Origin: Acidimicrobiia bacterium | GTDB taxonomy: Bacteria > Actinomycetota > Acidimicrobiia > Acidimicrobiales > Bin134 | Direction: 5' to 3' | Length of the DNA: 64,000 nucleotides | Assembly (NCBI GenBank): GCA_022822265.1 | Contig: JAJECA010000010.1 | Span: 4,513 to 68,512, forward strand | Part shown: positions 35,750-47,779 of the stretch, piece after piece | Layout: each line of letters begins with the position of its first letter | Position numbering within the stretch: position 1 is the first letter of the stretch | Program-made: the position numbers and the translations under genes | Notes under the pieces: generated by a model | Told to the model about the DNA's origin: nothing | Seen by the model: the letters and a program-made list of their open reading frames with translations, nothing else | The model's database searches: none

Positions 35750-36641
35750 GCGGGTCATCTCGAAGCTGGAGTTCCCCTATCGGGCGGCTCGGCCGCCCGC
35801 GGGGGTGCCGCCGGCGCCCGACATCAAGAACCGGGGGGCCGACTACGACACCGACTGGGCCCGCAAGCCCGCGGCCCGGGCCGCCCGGCGGATCATTACC
35901 GAAGTCGTGATGCAGCCGGCCATGGCCGCCCTGGCCCGGCCCCAGCGCCGGGGGCTCGACCGGCTGGAGCGCATAGAGGGGCCGGTGATCTTCGCCGCCA
36001 ACCATCACAGCCACATCGACACCCCCTTGCTGTTCACCTCTATCCCTCCCCGGTGGCGCAACCGGCTGGTGGTGGGGGCGGCGTCCGACTACTTCTTCAC
36101 CGGGGCAATCACGTCGGCGGCCTCGGCCCTGGTCATCGGAGCCATCCCCATCGAGCGCTCCAAGGTGGGGCGGCGCTCGGCCCGGCTGGCCGCCTCGCTC
36201 ATCGAAGACGGTTGGAGCCTGCTCATCTTCCCCGAGGGCGGGCGCAGCCCCGACGGCTGGGGCCAGCCCTTCCTGGGCGGCGCCGGCTACCTCGCGGTGC
36301 GCTGCGGCGTGCCGGTGGTGCCGATCCATGTGGAGGGCACCGACCGCATCCTGCCCAAGGGCCGCAACGTGCCCAAGGTGTCGGCCACCACCGTGACCTT
36401 CGGCGATCCCCTGGTGCCCACCGAGGAGGACAACGCCCGCCGATTCGCAGCCCGCATCGAGGTGGCGGTGGCCACCCTGGCCGACGAGTGCGCCACCGAC
36501 TGGTATCAGGCCCGCCGCCGAGCCCACGCCGGAACCACCCCCGGCCTGACTGGCCCCAACGTGTCCCCTTGGCGCCGGGCCTGGGCCCTCGGCGACCGAT
36601 CCCCCCGCTCCCGCCGCCAACACCGCCGCTGGCCCAAGTAG
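35739..36641 (+). CDS. 1-acyl-sn-glycerol-3-phosphate acyltransferase family (lysophospholipid acyltransferase)
   Basis: FAANHHSHIDTP (HX4D motif) and FPEGGRS motif. There is an 11-nt overlap with the upstream gene. Confidence 0.85.
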   Translation: MSARRVISKLEFPYRAARPPAGVPPAPDIKNRGADYDTDWARKPAARAARRIITEVVMQPAMAALARPQRRGLDRLERIEGPVIFAANHHSHIDTPLLFTSIPPRWRNRLVVGAASDYFFTGAITSAASALVIGAIPIERSKVGRRSARLAASLIEDGWSLLIFPEGGRSPDGWGQPFLGGAGYLAVRCGVPVVPIHVEGTDRILPKGRNVPKVSATTVTFGDPLVPTEEDNARRFAARIEVAVATLADECATDWYQARRRAHAGTTPGLTGPNVSPWRRAWALGDRSPRSRRQHRRWPK

Positions 36642-36740
36642 GACCCCTCGGTCAACACCGCCGCTGGCCCAAACAAAACCCCTCATTCGGCCAATTCCGC
36701 GACAAGGCCATTTTGCCGGAAAGCCCGTAGGATCGGAGGT

Positions 36741-39014
36741 ATGCCGGTAGCCGCTTCCACCCCCATTGAGCTGATCGAAAACGTGTATTCCACCCTGGCC
36801 GAGCGGGTTGACGCCGCCCGGGAGCGTTTTGGCCGGGAGCTCACGTTGGCCGAGAAAATCCTGGTCAACCACCTAGACGACCCCACCGTCACCCCGGAGC
36901 GGGGAGCAACCTACGTGGATCTGCGCCCCGACCGGGTGGCCATGCAGGACGCCACCGCCCAAATGGCCTGGCTCCAGTTCATGACCGCCGGGCTGAACGA
37001 GGTGCAGGTGCCCACCACCACCCACTGCGACCACCTCATCTCGGCCCGCATCGACGCCCAGCGCGACCTGGCCACCGCCCTCGACAACAACGAGGAGGTG
37101 TACGACTTTCTGGAGTCGGTATGCGCCCGCTACGGCGCCGGATTCTGGAAGCCGGGCTCGGGGATCATCCACCAAGTGGTGCTGGAGCAGTACGCGTTCC
37201 CCGGCGGCATGATGATCGGCACCGACAGTCACACCCCCAACGCCGGCGGCCTGGCCATGGTGGCGGTGGGCGTGGGCGGCGCCGACGCGGTGGACGTGAT
37301 GACCGGTTTCCCCTGGAACGTGCGCTGGCCCAAGCTCATCGGCGTGCACCTCACCGGCGAGCTCGACGGCTGGGCCGCCCCCAAAGACGTGATCTTGAAG
37401 GTGGCCGAGATCCTCACCGTGGCCGGCGGCACCGGGGCCATCGTGGAGTATTTCGGGCCCGGCGCCCACTCCCTTTCGGCCACCGGCAAGGCCACCATCT
37501 GCAACATGGGGGCCGAGATCGGCGCCACCACCTCGCTGTTCGCCTACGACGACGCCATCGCCCGCTACCTCAAGGCCACCGGCCGCGAGGCCGTGGCCGA
37601 CGCGGCCAACGCCTGCGCCCACAACCTGCGAGCCGACGACGCCGTGCTGGACGACCCCGGCGGTTACTTCGACCGGGTGGTGGAGATCGACCTGTCCGAG
37701 CTGGGACCGCACATCAACGGACCCCACACCCCCGACCGGGCCCGCCCGGTGGCCGATCTGGGGTCCGAGGCCAAGCTGAACGGCTGGCCCCTGGAGGTGA
37801 GCGCCGCGCTGGTGGGATCGTGTACCAACTCGAGCTACGAGGACATCACCCGGGCGGCCAGCATCGCCCGCCACGCCGCGGCCCACGGCCTCACCGCCAA
37901 GTCGCCCCTCATGGTCACCCCCGGCTCCGAGCAGGTGCGGGCTACCATCGAGCGCGACGGCCTGCTGGCCGACCTGGAATCCATCGGCGCCACCGTGTTG
38001 GCCAATGCCTGCGGTCCCTGCATCGGCCAGTGGAGCCGCGACGACGTGGCCGACGGCACCCCCAACAGCATCGTCACCAGCTACAACCGCAACTTCCCCA
38101 AGCGCAACGACGGCTACGCCTCCACCAACGCCTTCGTGACCTCCCCGGAGACGGTGGTGGCCCTGGCATTGGCCGGCACACTGGACTTCGACCCGGCCAG
38201 CGACACCATCACCGCCCCCGACGGCACCGAGGTGGCGCTCATGGTGGGGCCGGGCACCGAGCTTCCCGACCAGGGCTTCGACCCCGGTGCCAGCGGGTTC
38301 TTGGCCCCGCCCGACGACGGCAGCGGCGTGGATGTGCGTGTGTCGCCCGACTCCGAGCGGCTCCAACTGCTCGAGCCCTTCTCCCCGTGGGACGGCCAGG
38401 ACCTCACCGATCTGCCTGTGCTGCTCAAGGCCCAGGGCAAGTGCACCACCGACCACATCTCCATGGCCGGACCGTGGCTGCGCTACCGGGGCCACCTGGA
38501 GAACATCTCCGGCAACCTCTACCTGGGGGCGGTGAACGCCTTCACCGGGGCGGTGGGCGAGGGCAAGAACCAGCTCGACGGCTCCACCGGGTCGTTCCCC
38601 GACGTGGCCGCGGCCTACCACGCCGCCGGGCAGCGCTGGGTGGTGGTGGGCGACCGCAACATCGGCGAGGGATCGTCCCGGGAGCACGCCGCCATGGAGC
38701 CCCGCTTCCGGGGGTGCGCGGCGGTGATCGCCCGATCCTTCGCCCGCATCCACGAGACCAACCTCAAAAAGCAGGGCGTGCTGGCCCTCACCTTCGCCGA
38801 CCCCGACGACTACGACCGCATCGACGAGGACGACCGCATCTCGGTGCTCGGCCTGGCTGATCTGGCTCCGGGCGCGCCGGTGCAGGTGCAGGTGGCCAAG
38901 CCCGACGGGACCACGGTGGACATCACCGCCGAGCACACCCTGTCGCTCGACCAGATCGAGTGGTTCCAGGCGGGCAGCGCATTGAACCTGATCCGCCAGC
39001 GGACCATGGGCTGA
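36741..39014 (+). CDS. acn: aconitate hydratase (757-aa, mitochondrial-type architecture)
   Basis: [38 protein letters not shown], and [12 protein letters not shown] Fe-S ligand regions. Confidence 0.9.
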   Translation: MPVAASTPIELIENVYSTLAERVDAARERFGRELTLAEKILVNHLDDPTVTPERGATYVDLRPDRVAMQDATAQMAWLQFMTAGLNEVQVPTTTHCDHLISARIDAQRDLATALDNNEEVYDFLESVCARYGAGFWKPGSGIIHQVVLEQYAFPGGMMIGTDSHTPNAGGLAMVAVGVGGADAVDVMTGFPWNVRWPKLIGVHLTGELDGWAAPKDVILKVAEILTVAGGTGAIVEYFGPGAHSLSATGKATICNMGAEIGATTSLFAYDDAIARYLKATGREAVADAANACAHNLRADDAVLDDPGGYFDRVVEIDLSELGPHINGPHTPDRARPVADLGSEAKLNGWPLEVSAALVGSCTNSSYEDITRAASIARHAAAHGLTAKSPLMVTPGSEQVRATIERDGLLADLESIGATVLANACGPCIGQWSRDDVADGTPNSIVTSYNRNFPKRNDGYASTNAFVTSPETVVALALAGTLDFDPASDTITAPDGTEVALMVGPGTELPDQGFDPGASGFLAPPDDGSGVDVRVSPDSERLQLLEPFSPWDGQDLTDLPVLLKAQGKCTTDHISMAGPWLRYRGHLENISGNLYLGAVNAFTGAVGEGKNQLDGSTGSFPDVAAAYHAAGQRWVVVGDRNIGEGSSREHAAMEPRFRGCAAVIARSFARIHETNLKKQGVLALTFADPDDYDRIDEDDRISVLGLADLAPGAPVQVQVAKPDGTTVDITAEHTLSLDQIEWFQAGSALNLIRQRTMG

Positions 39015-39073
39015 TCACCCGCCGAGAGCCGTCATGGACATCCGCCCTTCCTGTCGATCGTAGATTTACGGCC

Positions 39074-39976
39074 ATGGACATCCGCCAGCTCGATGCCCTG
39101 TTGGCGATAGCCGAGCACAAGACGTTCTCCAAGGCCGCCCGGTCGCTGCACACCGTGCAGTCCAACGTGTCCAAGCACATCGCCAAGTTGGAGGAGGAGC
39201 TGGGCGCCATCCTGGTGGACCGCGACGCCGGCACCCTCACCGAGGAGGGGGAGGCGGTATTGGCCCGAGCCCGGCGCATCCGGGCCGAGACCGACGCCAT
39301 CACATTGGACATGGCCGCCATGCGCGACGACATCTCCGGGGTCACCCGTCTGGGCACCATCGACTCCACCGCCCGGTGGCTGATCCCCATCGTTCTGCCC
39401 GCCTTGGAGGCCCAATACCCCAACATCCGCCTCGAAGTGCTCACCGCCACCACCACCAGCCTCCTCCCCCAGGTGATCGCCGGAGACTTGCACAGCGCGG
39501 TGGTGAACCTGCCCCTGCGCGACTCTGAGATCCGGGCCGAGGAGCTGTTCGCGGAAGACCGCCTGCTCATAGCCCCGCCCGACCATCCGCTGGCCCGCAA
39601 ATCGTCGGTGACCCCGGCCGAGCTGACCCAACACGAGTTGCTGCTGCCCCCTCCGGGCACTGCCTTTCGAGACGAGATCGATTCCGAGCTCAAGAACCAA
39701 GGTGTGGAGCTCACCACCCGGGCCGAGATCGACGGCATGAGGATGATCGCCACCCTGGTGCTTACCGGGTTCGGGGCCGCTATCTTGCCGGCCACCGCCG
39801 CCCCCGACGACGGCCCCTGGCGGCGCATCCCCATCACCGGGCTGGTGCGGCGCTCGGTGGGCCTGATCGTCAGCCGCCGGGTGGCCCCATCGGCGGTCAC
39901 CCGAGCGGTGCGAGACGTGATCTTCGAAGTGGTGGGCACCCACGGCTACGACCAAGCCGGGGTGTACCCCAGCTGA
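39074..39976 (+). CDS. LysR family transcriptional regulator
   Basis: MDIRQLDALLAIAEHKTFSKAARSLHTVQSNVSKHIAKLEEELG is a wHTH. Internal ATG at 39074 of track ORF 38960..39976. Confidence 0.9.
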   Translation: MDIRQLDALLAIAEHKTFSKAARSLHTVQSNVSKHIAKLEEELGAILVDRDAGTLTEEGEAVLARARRIRAETDAITLDMAAMRDDISGVTRLGTIDSTARWLIPIVLPALEAQYPNIRLEVLTATTTSLLPQVIAGDLHSAVVNLPLRDSEIRAEELFAEDRLLIAPPDHPLARKSSVTPAELTQHELLLPPPGTAFRDEIDSELKNQGVELTTRAEIDGMRMIATLVLTGFGAAILPATAAPDDGPWRRIPITGLVRRSVGLIVSRRVAPSAVTRAVRDVIFEVVGTHGYDQAGVYPS

Positions 39977-40004
39977 GCACGGCGCGAGACTGACAGCACT
40001 GCCT

Positions 40005-41384
40005 ATGACCGACGCCATAACCGCCACCGGCAACCGTCCCGAACGGGTCCCGCTGCGAGCCGGAGCACCGGGATCGGCCCGAGCCTGGCTCGACTCCTAC
40101 GACGGCCGGGAGTGCGTGACGTTCGAAGTGGAGGACAACGAGGCCGACCGGGGGGCGCTCAGCCCTGCCGACAGCGAGACGCTGGAGCGAGCTGCCCAAG
40201 AGGCCCTTCTGCGCCGTGTGCCCCTGGTTGGGTTCATCGCCTCATCGGGCGCCGACATCGACTCTGGCATCGCGGCCACCATGGGCTGGGGCCGGGTGGC
40301 CAAGTCGGTGGTGGACTGCTCGGGTCAGGTGCCCACCATCTTCTGCGCCACCGGCCCGGCGGTGTCGGGGCCGGCCCTGCTGCTGGGCCTGGCCGACATC
40401 GCCATCGCCACCGAGGACAGCTACGCCTTCGTCACCGGCCCCCGCATGGTGGGCCAGTACACCGGCGAGGTGATCAGCAACCAGACCCTGGGCGGTGCCG
40501 GCCAGCTCTCCCGGCGCAGCGGGGTGGCCGCCTTCTTGGTGGACGACAAAGACGCCGCTTCCGACCTGGTGGGCGCGCTGTTGAGCCTGCTACCCGCCCA
40601 CGCCGACGAACTGCCGCCCCGGTATCCGGTGGACGACCCGGTGGACCGCCCCACCCCCGAGCTGCGCGACATCCTGCCCGAATCCCCGCTGGGCAGCTAC
40701 GACGTTCGAGACGTGGCCCGGGCCGTGGCCGACGACGGCGACCTGCTGGAGTACAAGGCCGACTGGGCCGCCAACCTGGTGTGCGCCTTCGCCACCGTGG
40801 CCGGACGCCCAGTGGGGATACTGGCCAACCAGCCCCAAACCCTGGCCGGAACGCTCGACATCGCGTGCAGCCAGAAGGGGGCCCGGTTCGTGTCGTTCTG
40901 CGACGCCTTCAACCTGCCGCTGGTCACCTTTGTAGATACCTCGGGCTTCCAGCCGGGCAAGGACCTCGAGTGGCGGGGCATCATCCGCCACGGCGCCCAG
41001 CTGGCCTTCGCCTACGCCCGGGCCACCGTGGGCCGAGTGAACGTGACCCTGCGGAAGTCCTACGGCGGGGCCTACATCGTGATGGACTCCCGCCACATGG
41101 GAAACGACATCGCCCTGGCCTGGCCCTCGGCGGAGGTCGCGGTGATGGGGGCCCGGGGCGCAGTGGAGATTGTCCACCGCCGGTCGAGCCCCGAGGAGCG
41201 GGCCGAGCTGGAGGCCGCCTACGAGGAGCGCTACCTGAACCCCTACATCGCGGCGGAGCGGGGCTCGATCGACGCGGTGATAGACCCGGCCGACACCCGG
41301 GCCGAGGTGGCCGCCGCCCTGGATCTGTTGGAGTCCAAACGGGAGGCCCTCCCCCACCGCCGCCACGACAACACCCCGCTGTGA
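40005..41384 (+). CDS. acyl-CoA carboxylase carboxyltransferase (beta) subunit family protein
   Basis: Two crotonase-like carboxyltransferase halves. GGAGQLSRRSG, ...LRKSYGGAYIVM..., AWPSAEVAVMG. Confidence 0.8.
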   Translation: MTDAITATGNRPERVPLRAGAPGSARAWLDSYDGRECVTFEVEDNEADRGALSPADSETLERAAQEALLRRVPLVGFIASSGADIDSGIAATMGWGRVAKSVVDCSGQVPTIFCATGPAVSGPALLLGLADIAIATEDSYAFVTGPRMVGQYTGEVISNQTLGGAGQLSRRSGVAAFLVDDKDAASDLVGALLSLLPAHADELPPRYPVDDPVDRPTPELRDILPESPLGSYDVRDVARAVADDGDLLEYKADWAANLVCAFATVAGRPVGILANQPQTLAGTLDIACSQKGARFVSFCDAFNLPLVTFVDTSGFQPGKDLEWRGIIRHGAQLAFAYARATVGRVNVTLRKSYGGAYIVMDSRHMGNDIALAWPSAEVAVMGARGAVEIVHRRSSPEERAELEAAYEERYLNPYIAAERGSIDAVIDPADTRAEVAAALDLLESKREALPHRRHDNTPL

Positions 41385-41470
41385 CCAGGGGTAACACTCT
41401 CTCTGGGGCGAAAGCGACAACCTGAGGTAAGCTGCGGCAGCGCCGGAGGGAGCAGGGAAAGGAGCCGTGC

Positions 41471-42742
41471 GTGCCTGAATCCATAACGATCACCGACAAT
41501 CGGACCGGTGAGCAGATAGAGGTTCCGATTGTCGACGGTGGTGTGGATGCCGCAGCGTGGCGAAAACTACTCCCCAACGTCTGGTTCTTAGACCCGTCCT
41601 TCAGCACTACCGCGGCCACCACCAGCGCTATCAGCGAGGTGGACGGCGAGAACGGCATCTTGCGCTATCGGGGCTACCCCATCGAGCAGCTGGCCGAGCA
41701 CTCCACCTTCCTCGAAGTGGCCTACCTGCTGCTCCACGGCGAGCTCCCCACCCCCGGCGAATACGACGTGTGGGTACACGAGATCACCCACCACACCTTC
41801 ATCCACGAGCGCTTCCGCAAGCGGTTCATGGAGTCGTTCCTCCACGATGCCCACCCCATGGGCATGTTCGTGTCCACCATCGCCGCGCTGTCCACGTTTT
41901 ATCCCGAGGCCAAAGAGATCGAAGACCCCGAGAACCGCATGCACCAGATCGTGCGGCTCATCGCCAAGGTGCCCACCGTGGCCGCCGCGGGCTTCCGGTT
42001 CAACACCGGTATGCCGTTCGTCTACCCCGACAACAACCTGGACTTCGCCACCAACTTCCTGTCGATGATGTTCAAGATCGCCGAGCCCACCTACCAGTGC
42101 GACCCGGCCTTCGCCCGAGCGCTCGACCTGCTGCTCATCACCCACGCCGACCACGGCCAGAACTGCTCCACCAGCACCGCCCGGGTGGTGGGAAGCGCCC
42201 ACACCGACCCCTACTCGGTGATCTCCGCGGCCGCTTGCTCGCTGTACGGCCCCCGCCACGGCGGAGCCAACCAGGCCGTGATGGAGATGCTCGACGAGAT
42301 CGGCAGCTACGAGAACATCGACCCGTTCATCAAGGCAGTAAAGGCCGGCGAGACCCGCCTGATGGGGTTTGGCCACCGGGTGTACAAGAACTACGACCCC
42401 CGGGCCCGCATCATCAAGCAAGCCGCCTACGACGTGTTCGAGGTGACCGGCTCCAACCCGCTGCTCGACATCGCCCTCAAGCTCGAAGAGGTGGCCCTGG
42501 CCGACGACTATTTCGTGAGCCGCCGCCTGTATCCCAACGTGGACTTCTACTCCGGGCTCATCTACCAGTCGATGGGCTTCCCCACCGACATGTTCACCGT
42601 GCTGTTCGCCATCGCCCGCACCGCCGGCTGGCTGGCCCACTGGGTAGAGCTCCTAGAACAAGACAGCCGCATAGCCCGCCCCCGCCAGGTCTACACCGGC
42701 TCCACAGAACGCACCTACACCCCCATAAACCAGCGCTCCTAG
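41471..42742 (+). CDS. gltA: citrate synthase
   Basis: GILRYRGYPIEQL, HADHGQNCSTSTAR, GFGHRVYKNYDPRA. GTG start preceded by GGAAAGGAG. Confidence 0.9.
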   Translation: MPESITITDNRTGEQIEVPIVDGGVDAAAWRKLLPNVWFLDPSFSTTAATTSAISEVDGENGILRYRGYPIEQLAEHSTFLEVAYLLLHGELPTPGEYDVWVHEITHHTFIHERFRKRFMESFLHDAHPMGMFVSTIAALSTFYPEAKEIEDPENRMHQIVRLIAKVPTVAAAGFRFNTGMPFVYPDNNLDFATNFLSMMFKIAEPTYQCDPAFARALDLLLITHADHGQNCSTSTARVVGSAHTDPYSVISAAACSLYGPRHGGANQAVMEMLDEIGSYENIDPFIKAVKAGETRLMGFGHRVYKNYDPRARIIKQAAYDVFEVTGSNPLLDIALKLEEVALADDYFVSRRLYPNVDFYSGLIYQSMGFPTDMFTVLFAIARTAGWLAHWVELLEQDSRIARPRQVYTGSTERTYTPINQRS

Positions 42743-43485
42743 CTGGTAGCAGTCAAGCCGTCGCGGAGGGCGGTTAGGAGGGCGGCTGTGGTTATGGCCG
42801 CGGTTTCTGAGCGGAGGACTGAGGAGCTGATGCGGATGGCGTCTAGTTGGCGGCGCTCGGATTCGGACCAGCCGCCTTCGGGGCCGATTAGGACGGTGGG
42901 GTGGTCGAGGGATGGGGGGTTTCCGGTGATGTCGGCTCGGATGGCGCCGGGGTAGGTGGCCAGGGTGGCGAAGTCGGTGGGCTCGCCTATCTCGGGGAGG
43001 CGTACCTGGCGGCTCTGCATGGCGGCTTCCCGGGCTACGCGGCGGAGACGCTCGGTGTGGCGGGTTGCCCGGTCGGCCTCCCAGCGGACCACGCTGTGCT
43101 CGGCGGTGAATGGGACGATGGCGTCCACGCCCAGTTCGGTGAGCTTTTGCACCACTAGCTCGGGGCGGCCGCCCTTGATGAGGGCGAAGCCAATGGTGAG
43201 CTTTGGACTGGAAGCCTCGACGAACACCACCTCGCCGACAGCCTCAGTCTCGGCTTCGGGGCCTGACCCCAGGCGGCAGATTCGCCACGAACCCGCCCCG
43301 TCGGAGGCGGTGAAGGTGTCGCCAGGCCGAAGCCGCAGCGACCGGGTTAGGTGATGGCGGTCTTCCTCGCGCAGCTCGGGGTGTTCCAGGTCATCGACGA
43401 AGACGTGGGGGCCGTCACCGCCGCCGGGCTTCACGGCGTCGCTTCCTAGTGGTGGGCGCCACCTCTTCGCCCCGCAGTTCGGCAA
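42739..43485 (-). CDS. rsmE: 16S rRNA (uracil1498-N3)-methyltransferase
   Basis: HVFVDDL...[15 protein letters not shown] (PUA-like N-terminus) and [12 protein letters not shown]...LRSETA SPOUT C-terminus. The start is uncertain (ATG at 43485 or GTG at 43434); both overlap the dnaJ 3' end. Confidence 0.8.
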   Translation of the reverse strand: MPNCGAKRWRPPLGSDAVKPGGGDGPHVFVDDLEHPELREEDRHHLTRSLRLRPGDTFTASDGAGSWRICRLGSGPEAETEAVGEVVFVEASSPKLTIGFALIKGGRPELVVQKLTELGVDAIVPFTAEHSVVRWEADRATRHTERLRRVAREAAMQSRQVRLPEIGEPTDFATLATYPGAIRADITGNPPSLDHPTVLIGPEGGWSESERRQLDAIRISSSVLRSETAAITTAALLTALRDGLTATS

Positions 43486-44542
43486 GCTGGTGGAGCAGGT
43501 CGATTTCCTCGTCGCTCAAGCCGGTGGGCGTTTCCACCATGGCCTGCACCAGCAGATCGCCCCGGCCTCGGCCCTCCAGTCGGGGCACGCCCCGGCCTCG
43601 GATGCGGAACACATCGCCAGTCTGGGTGCCGGCAGGTATCTCCAGATCCTCCACGCTGTCGAGCGTCTCGTACTTGAAGTTGGCGCCAAGAGCGGCTTGG
43701 ACCATGGTCAGATCCAGCCGGTCCACCAAGTTGTCGCCGTCGCGCTGGAAACGGGGGTGGGGCCGCACGTCGATGTGCACGTAGAGGTCGCCAGAGGGAC
43801 CGCCCCGAGGCCCGGCCGCGCCCCGGCGGGCCACCCGCAGCGTGGACCCCTGGCCCACGCCCGCCGGAACGGTCACCGTGTAGTCCCGGTCTCCCACCAC
43901 CCGGCCGTCACCCCCGCACTCACGGCACGGGTCGGCGATCACCTCGCCGCTGCCCGAGCAGGTGTCGCATACCGTGCGAGTAACCATCTGGCCCAGAATC
44001 GACTGGCGCACCCGCTGCACCTGGCCCATGCCGTCGCACGTTCCGCAGGTAACCGGCTGGGTGCCTTCGGCTGCGCCCCGGCCGTCGCACGATTCGCACA
44101 CCGTGGCGGTGCGCACCGTCACCTCGGCGTCGGCGCCCAGCACCGCGTCCTCAAACTCGAGGGTCAGCACAGCCTCCAGATCGGCGCCTCGCTGGGGACC
44201 GGTTCGAGTCCGCCCGCCAGCGGTGCCGAACGGACTGCCCCCAAACGGGCTTGATCCTCCAAAGAATGCGTCGAAAATGTCGCCCAGGTTCATGCCCGAG
44301 AACGGGTCGCCTCCACCGGCTGCCCCCGGCGCGGTGCCGAAGCGGTCGTAGTGGGCCCGCTTCTGGGGGTCGCTCAGCGTCTCATAAGCCAGCGCGATCT
44401 CCTTGAAGCGGGCCTCGGCATCAGCGTCGTCGGGGTTGGCATCGGGGTGGTACTGGCGGGCCAGCTTGCGGAACGCCTTTTTGAGATCGTCCTCGGTGGC
44501 GTCTCGGCCCACGCCGAGCAGCTCGTAGAAGTCAGAAGACAT
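43415..44542 (-). CDS. dnaJ: molecular chaperone DnaJ
   Basis: FYELLGV...YHPD J-domain, Gly-rich region, and four CxxCxGxG zinc-finger repeats. Confidence 0.92.
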   Translation of the reverse strand: MSSDFYELLGVGRDATEDDLKKAFRKLARQYHPDANPDDADAEARFKEIALAYETLSDPQKRAHYDRFGTAPGAAGGGDPFSGMNLGDIFDAFFGGSSPFGGSPFGTAGGRTRTGPQRGADLEAVLTLEFEDAVLGADAEVTVRTATVCESCDGRGAAEGTQPVTCGTCDGMGQVQRVRQSILGQMVTRTVCDTCSGSGEVIADPCRECGGDGRVVGDRDYTVTVPAGVGQGSTLRVARRGAAGPRGGPSGDLYVHIDVRPHPRFQRDGDNLVDRLDLTMVQAALGANFKYETLDSVEDLEIPAGTQTGDVFRIRGRGVPRLEGRGRGDLLVQAMVETPTGLSDEEIDLLHQLAELRGEEVAPTTRKRRREARRR

Positions 44543-44545
44543 CTT

Positions 44546-45559
44546 CTAAGGGGCCGACAGTCTGTCGCCCAGGTTCTGGCTCACCACCGCCACCGCGGCC
44601 AGCGCTTGGGGATAGTTCATGCGGGTGGGGCCCAGCACCCCGATGGAGCCCACCGGCTGGCCGGCCACCTCGTAGGGGGCCACTATCAACGAGCACTCGG
44701 CCAACGGCGCCACTCCGGTCTCTGAGCCGATGGCCACCGTGAGGCCTCGATCCAGAATGTCTCTCACCAAAGAGACAACCACCAACTGCTTCTCCAGTAT
44801 TCCCAGAACCGACCGAACCGTCTCGGTGGCGTCGAACAGCCCGGCCACGCTGGCCGCCCCGCCCACGTAGAGCTGCTCCTCGGCATCGCCCAGGTCGGCC
44901 AGCGAATCCAGCACCCGGGCCGCCAGCGGAGTCACGGCATGGGCCAGCCTGCGATCTCGCAGGGCGCTGGCCGGGCTTCCCGCCAGCAGGTCGGTGAGCT
45001 GGGTGGACGCCCGCGCCATCTCCACCGGGTCGGCGGGCCGGTCCACCTCGATGGTGCGCTTGTCCACCGATCCGTTCTCGTACACCACCAGGGCCATCAC
45101 CAGCCGCTCCGACAGGTCCACCAAGCTCACCGACCGGATGGTGGCGGTGGAGTGCTGGGGGGCCACCACCAAGGCGGCATAGGCGGTGAGGTCGGCCAGA
45201 AGGGCGCTGGTGTCGGCCAGCATCTGCTCGAGTTCGCTGTGGGTCGTGTCGAAGAAAGCTCTCACCTGCTGGCGCTCGGTGCGGCCCAGAGTGCCGGACA
45301 CGTCGGAGAGGGTGTCCACGAAATGGCGATAGCCCTTCTCGGTGGGAATGCGGCCCGCACTGGTGTGGGGCTGGCTCAGGTATCCGGCCTGCTCCAGGGC
45401 CAGCATCTCGTTGCGGACCGTGGCCGGTGAGACGCCCAGATCGGCGATCTCAGAGACATGGGAGGAGCCCACGGGCTGGGTGGTGGAGATGTAGCCCTCC
45501 ACCACGGCCCGCAGCACCGCGGCCTTGCGGGCCGAAAGCGTCTCGCCCTGGGTTCCCAT
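44546..45559 (-). CDS. hrcA: heat-inducible transcription repressor HrcA
   Basis: LSARKAAVLRAVVEGYISTTQPVGS..., GPTRMNY. It lies upstream of dnaJ. Confidence 0.9.
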   Translation of the reverse strand: MGTQGETLSARKAAVLRAVVEGYISTTQPVGSSHVSEIADLGVSPATVRNEMLALEQAGYLSQPHTSAGRIPTEKGYRHFVDTLSDVSGTLGRTERQQVRAFFDTTHSELEQMLADTSALLADLTAYAALVVAPQHSTATIRSVSLVDLSERLVMALVVYENGSVDKRTIEVDRPADPVEMARASTQLTDLLAGSPASALRDRRLAHAVTPLAARVLDSLADLGDAEEQLYVGGAASVAGLFDATETVRSVLGILEKQLVVVSLVRDILDRGLTVAIGSETGVAPLAECSLIVAPYEVAGQPVGSIGVLGPTRMNYPQALAAVAVVSQNLGDRLSAP

Positions 45560-45620
45560 AAGGCTTGAATACTACTGGCCTGGCCCGATGTGCCACCCAG
45601 CAGACTTCGTCCGGGCGGTC

Positions 45621-47405
<1,785 letters not shown>

Positions 47406-47488
47406 GGGAACCGAGTAACGCTACCGCCCTTATTCCCTAGGTTCCCATGTGGTTACCAGGGTTTGGGGGACGGTAGAGTTGTCATTCT

Positions 47489-47758
47489 GTGGCAAACATC
47501 AAGAGCCAGATAAAGCGCAATCGCCAAAACGAGAAGCGCCGCCAGCGCAACCGGGCCGTGCGATCCGAGATCATCACCCGCACCCGGACCGCGGAGGCCG
47601 CCGCGGAGCATGGCGAAGCCGAGGAGACCGCCGAGGCGGCCCGCATGGCCATCAAGCGCATCGACAAGGCGGCCAGCAAGGGCGTGCTGCACCCCAACAC
47701 CGCGGCCCGGAAGAAATCCCGCCTGATGAAGCGCTTGGCGCGACTCCAGGCTGAGTAG
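47489..47758 (+). CDS. rpsT: 30S ribosomal protein S20
   Basis: ANIKSQIKRNRQNEKRRQRNRAVRSE. 89 aa. GTG start. Confidence 0.9.
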   Translation: MANIKSQIKRNRQNEKRRQRNRAVRSEIITRTRTAEAAAEHGEAEETAEAARMAIKRIDKAASKGVLHPNTAARKKSRLMKRLARLQAE

Positions 47759-47779
47759 CCCCAGTCCAATCCTCAACCT

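Noticed and set aside
36873-38936. 687-aa ORF on the minus strand
   Set aside because: It is entirely antisense to the aconitase gene, which has unmistakable family motifs. Its product is Gly/Val/Ala/His/Arg-rich low-complexity sequence, typical of antisense frames in high-GC DNA.
39031-39086. Short duplication of catggacatccgcc just before the LysR start
   Set aside because: It is a 14-nt repeat of the start-codon region with no clear structure. It is too short to interpret.
45560-45620. Search for a CIRCE operator (TTAGCACTC-N9-GAGTGCTAA) upstream of hrcA
   Set aside because: No match or near-match is visible in the 61-nt gap. hrcA may be controlled from further upstream or co-transcribed with lepA.
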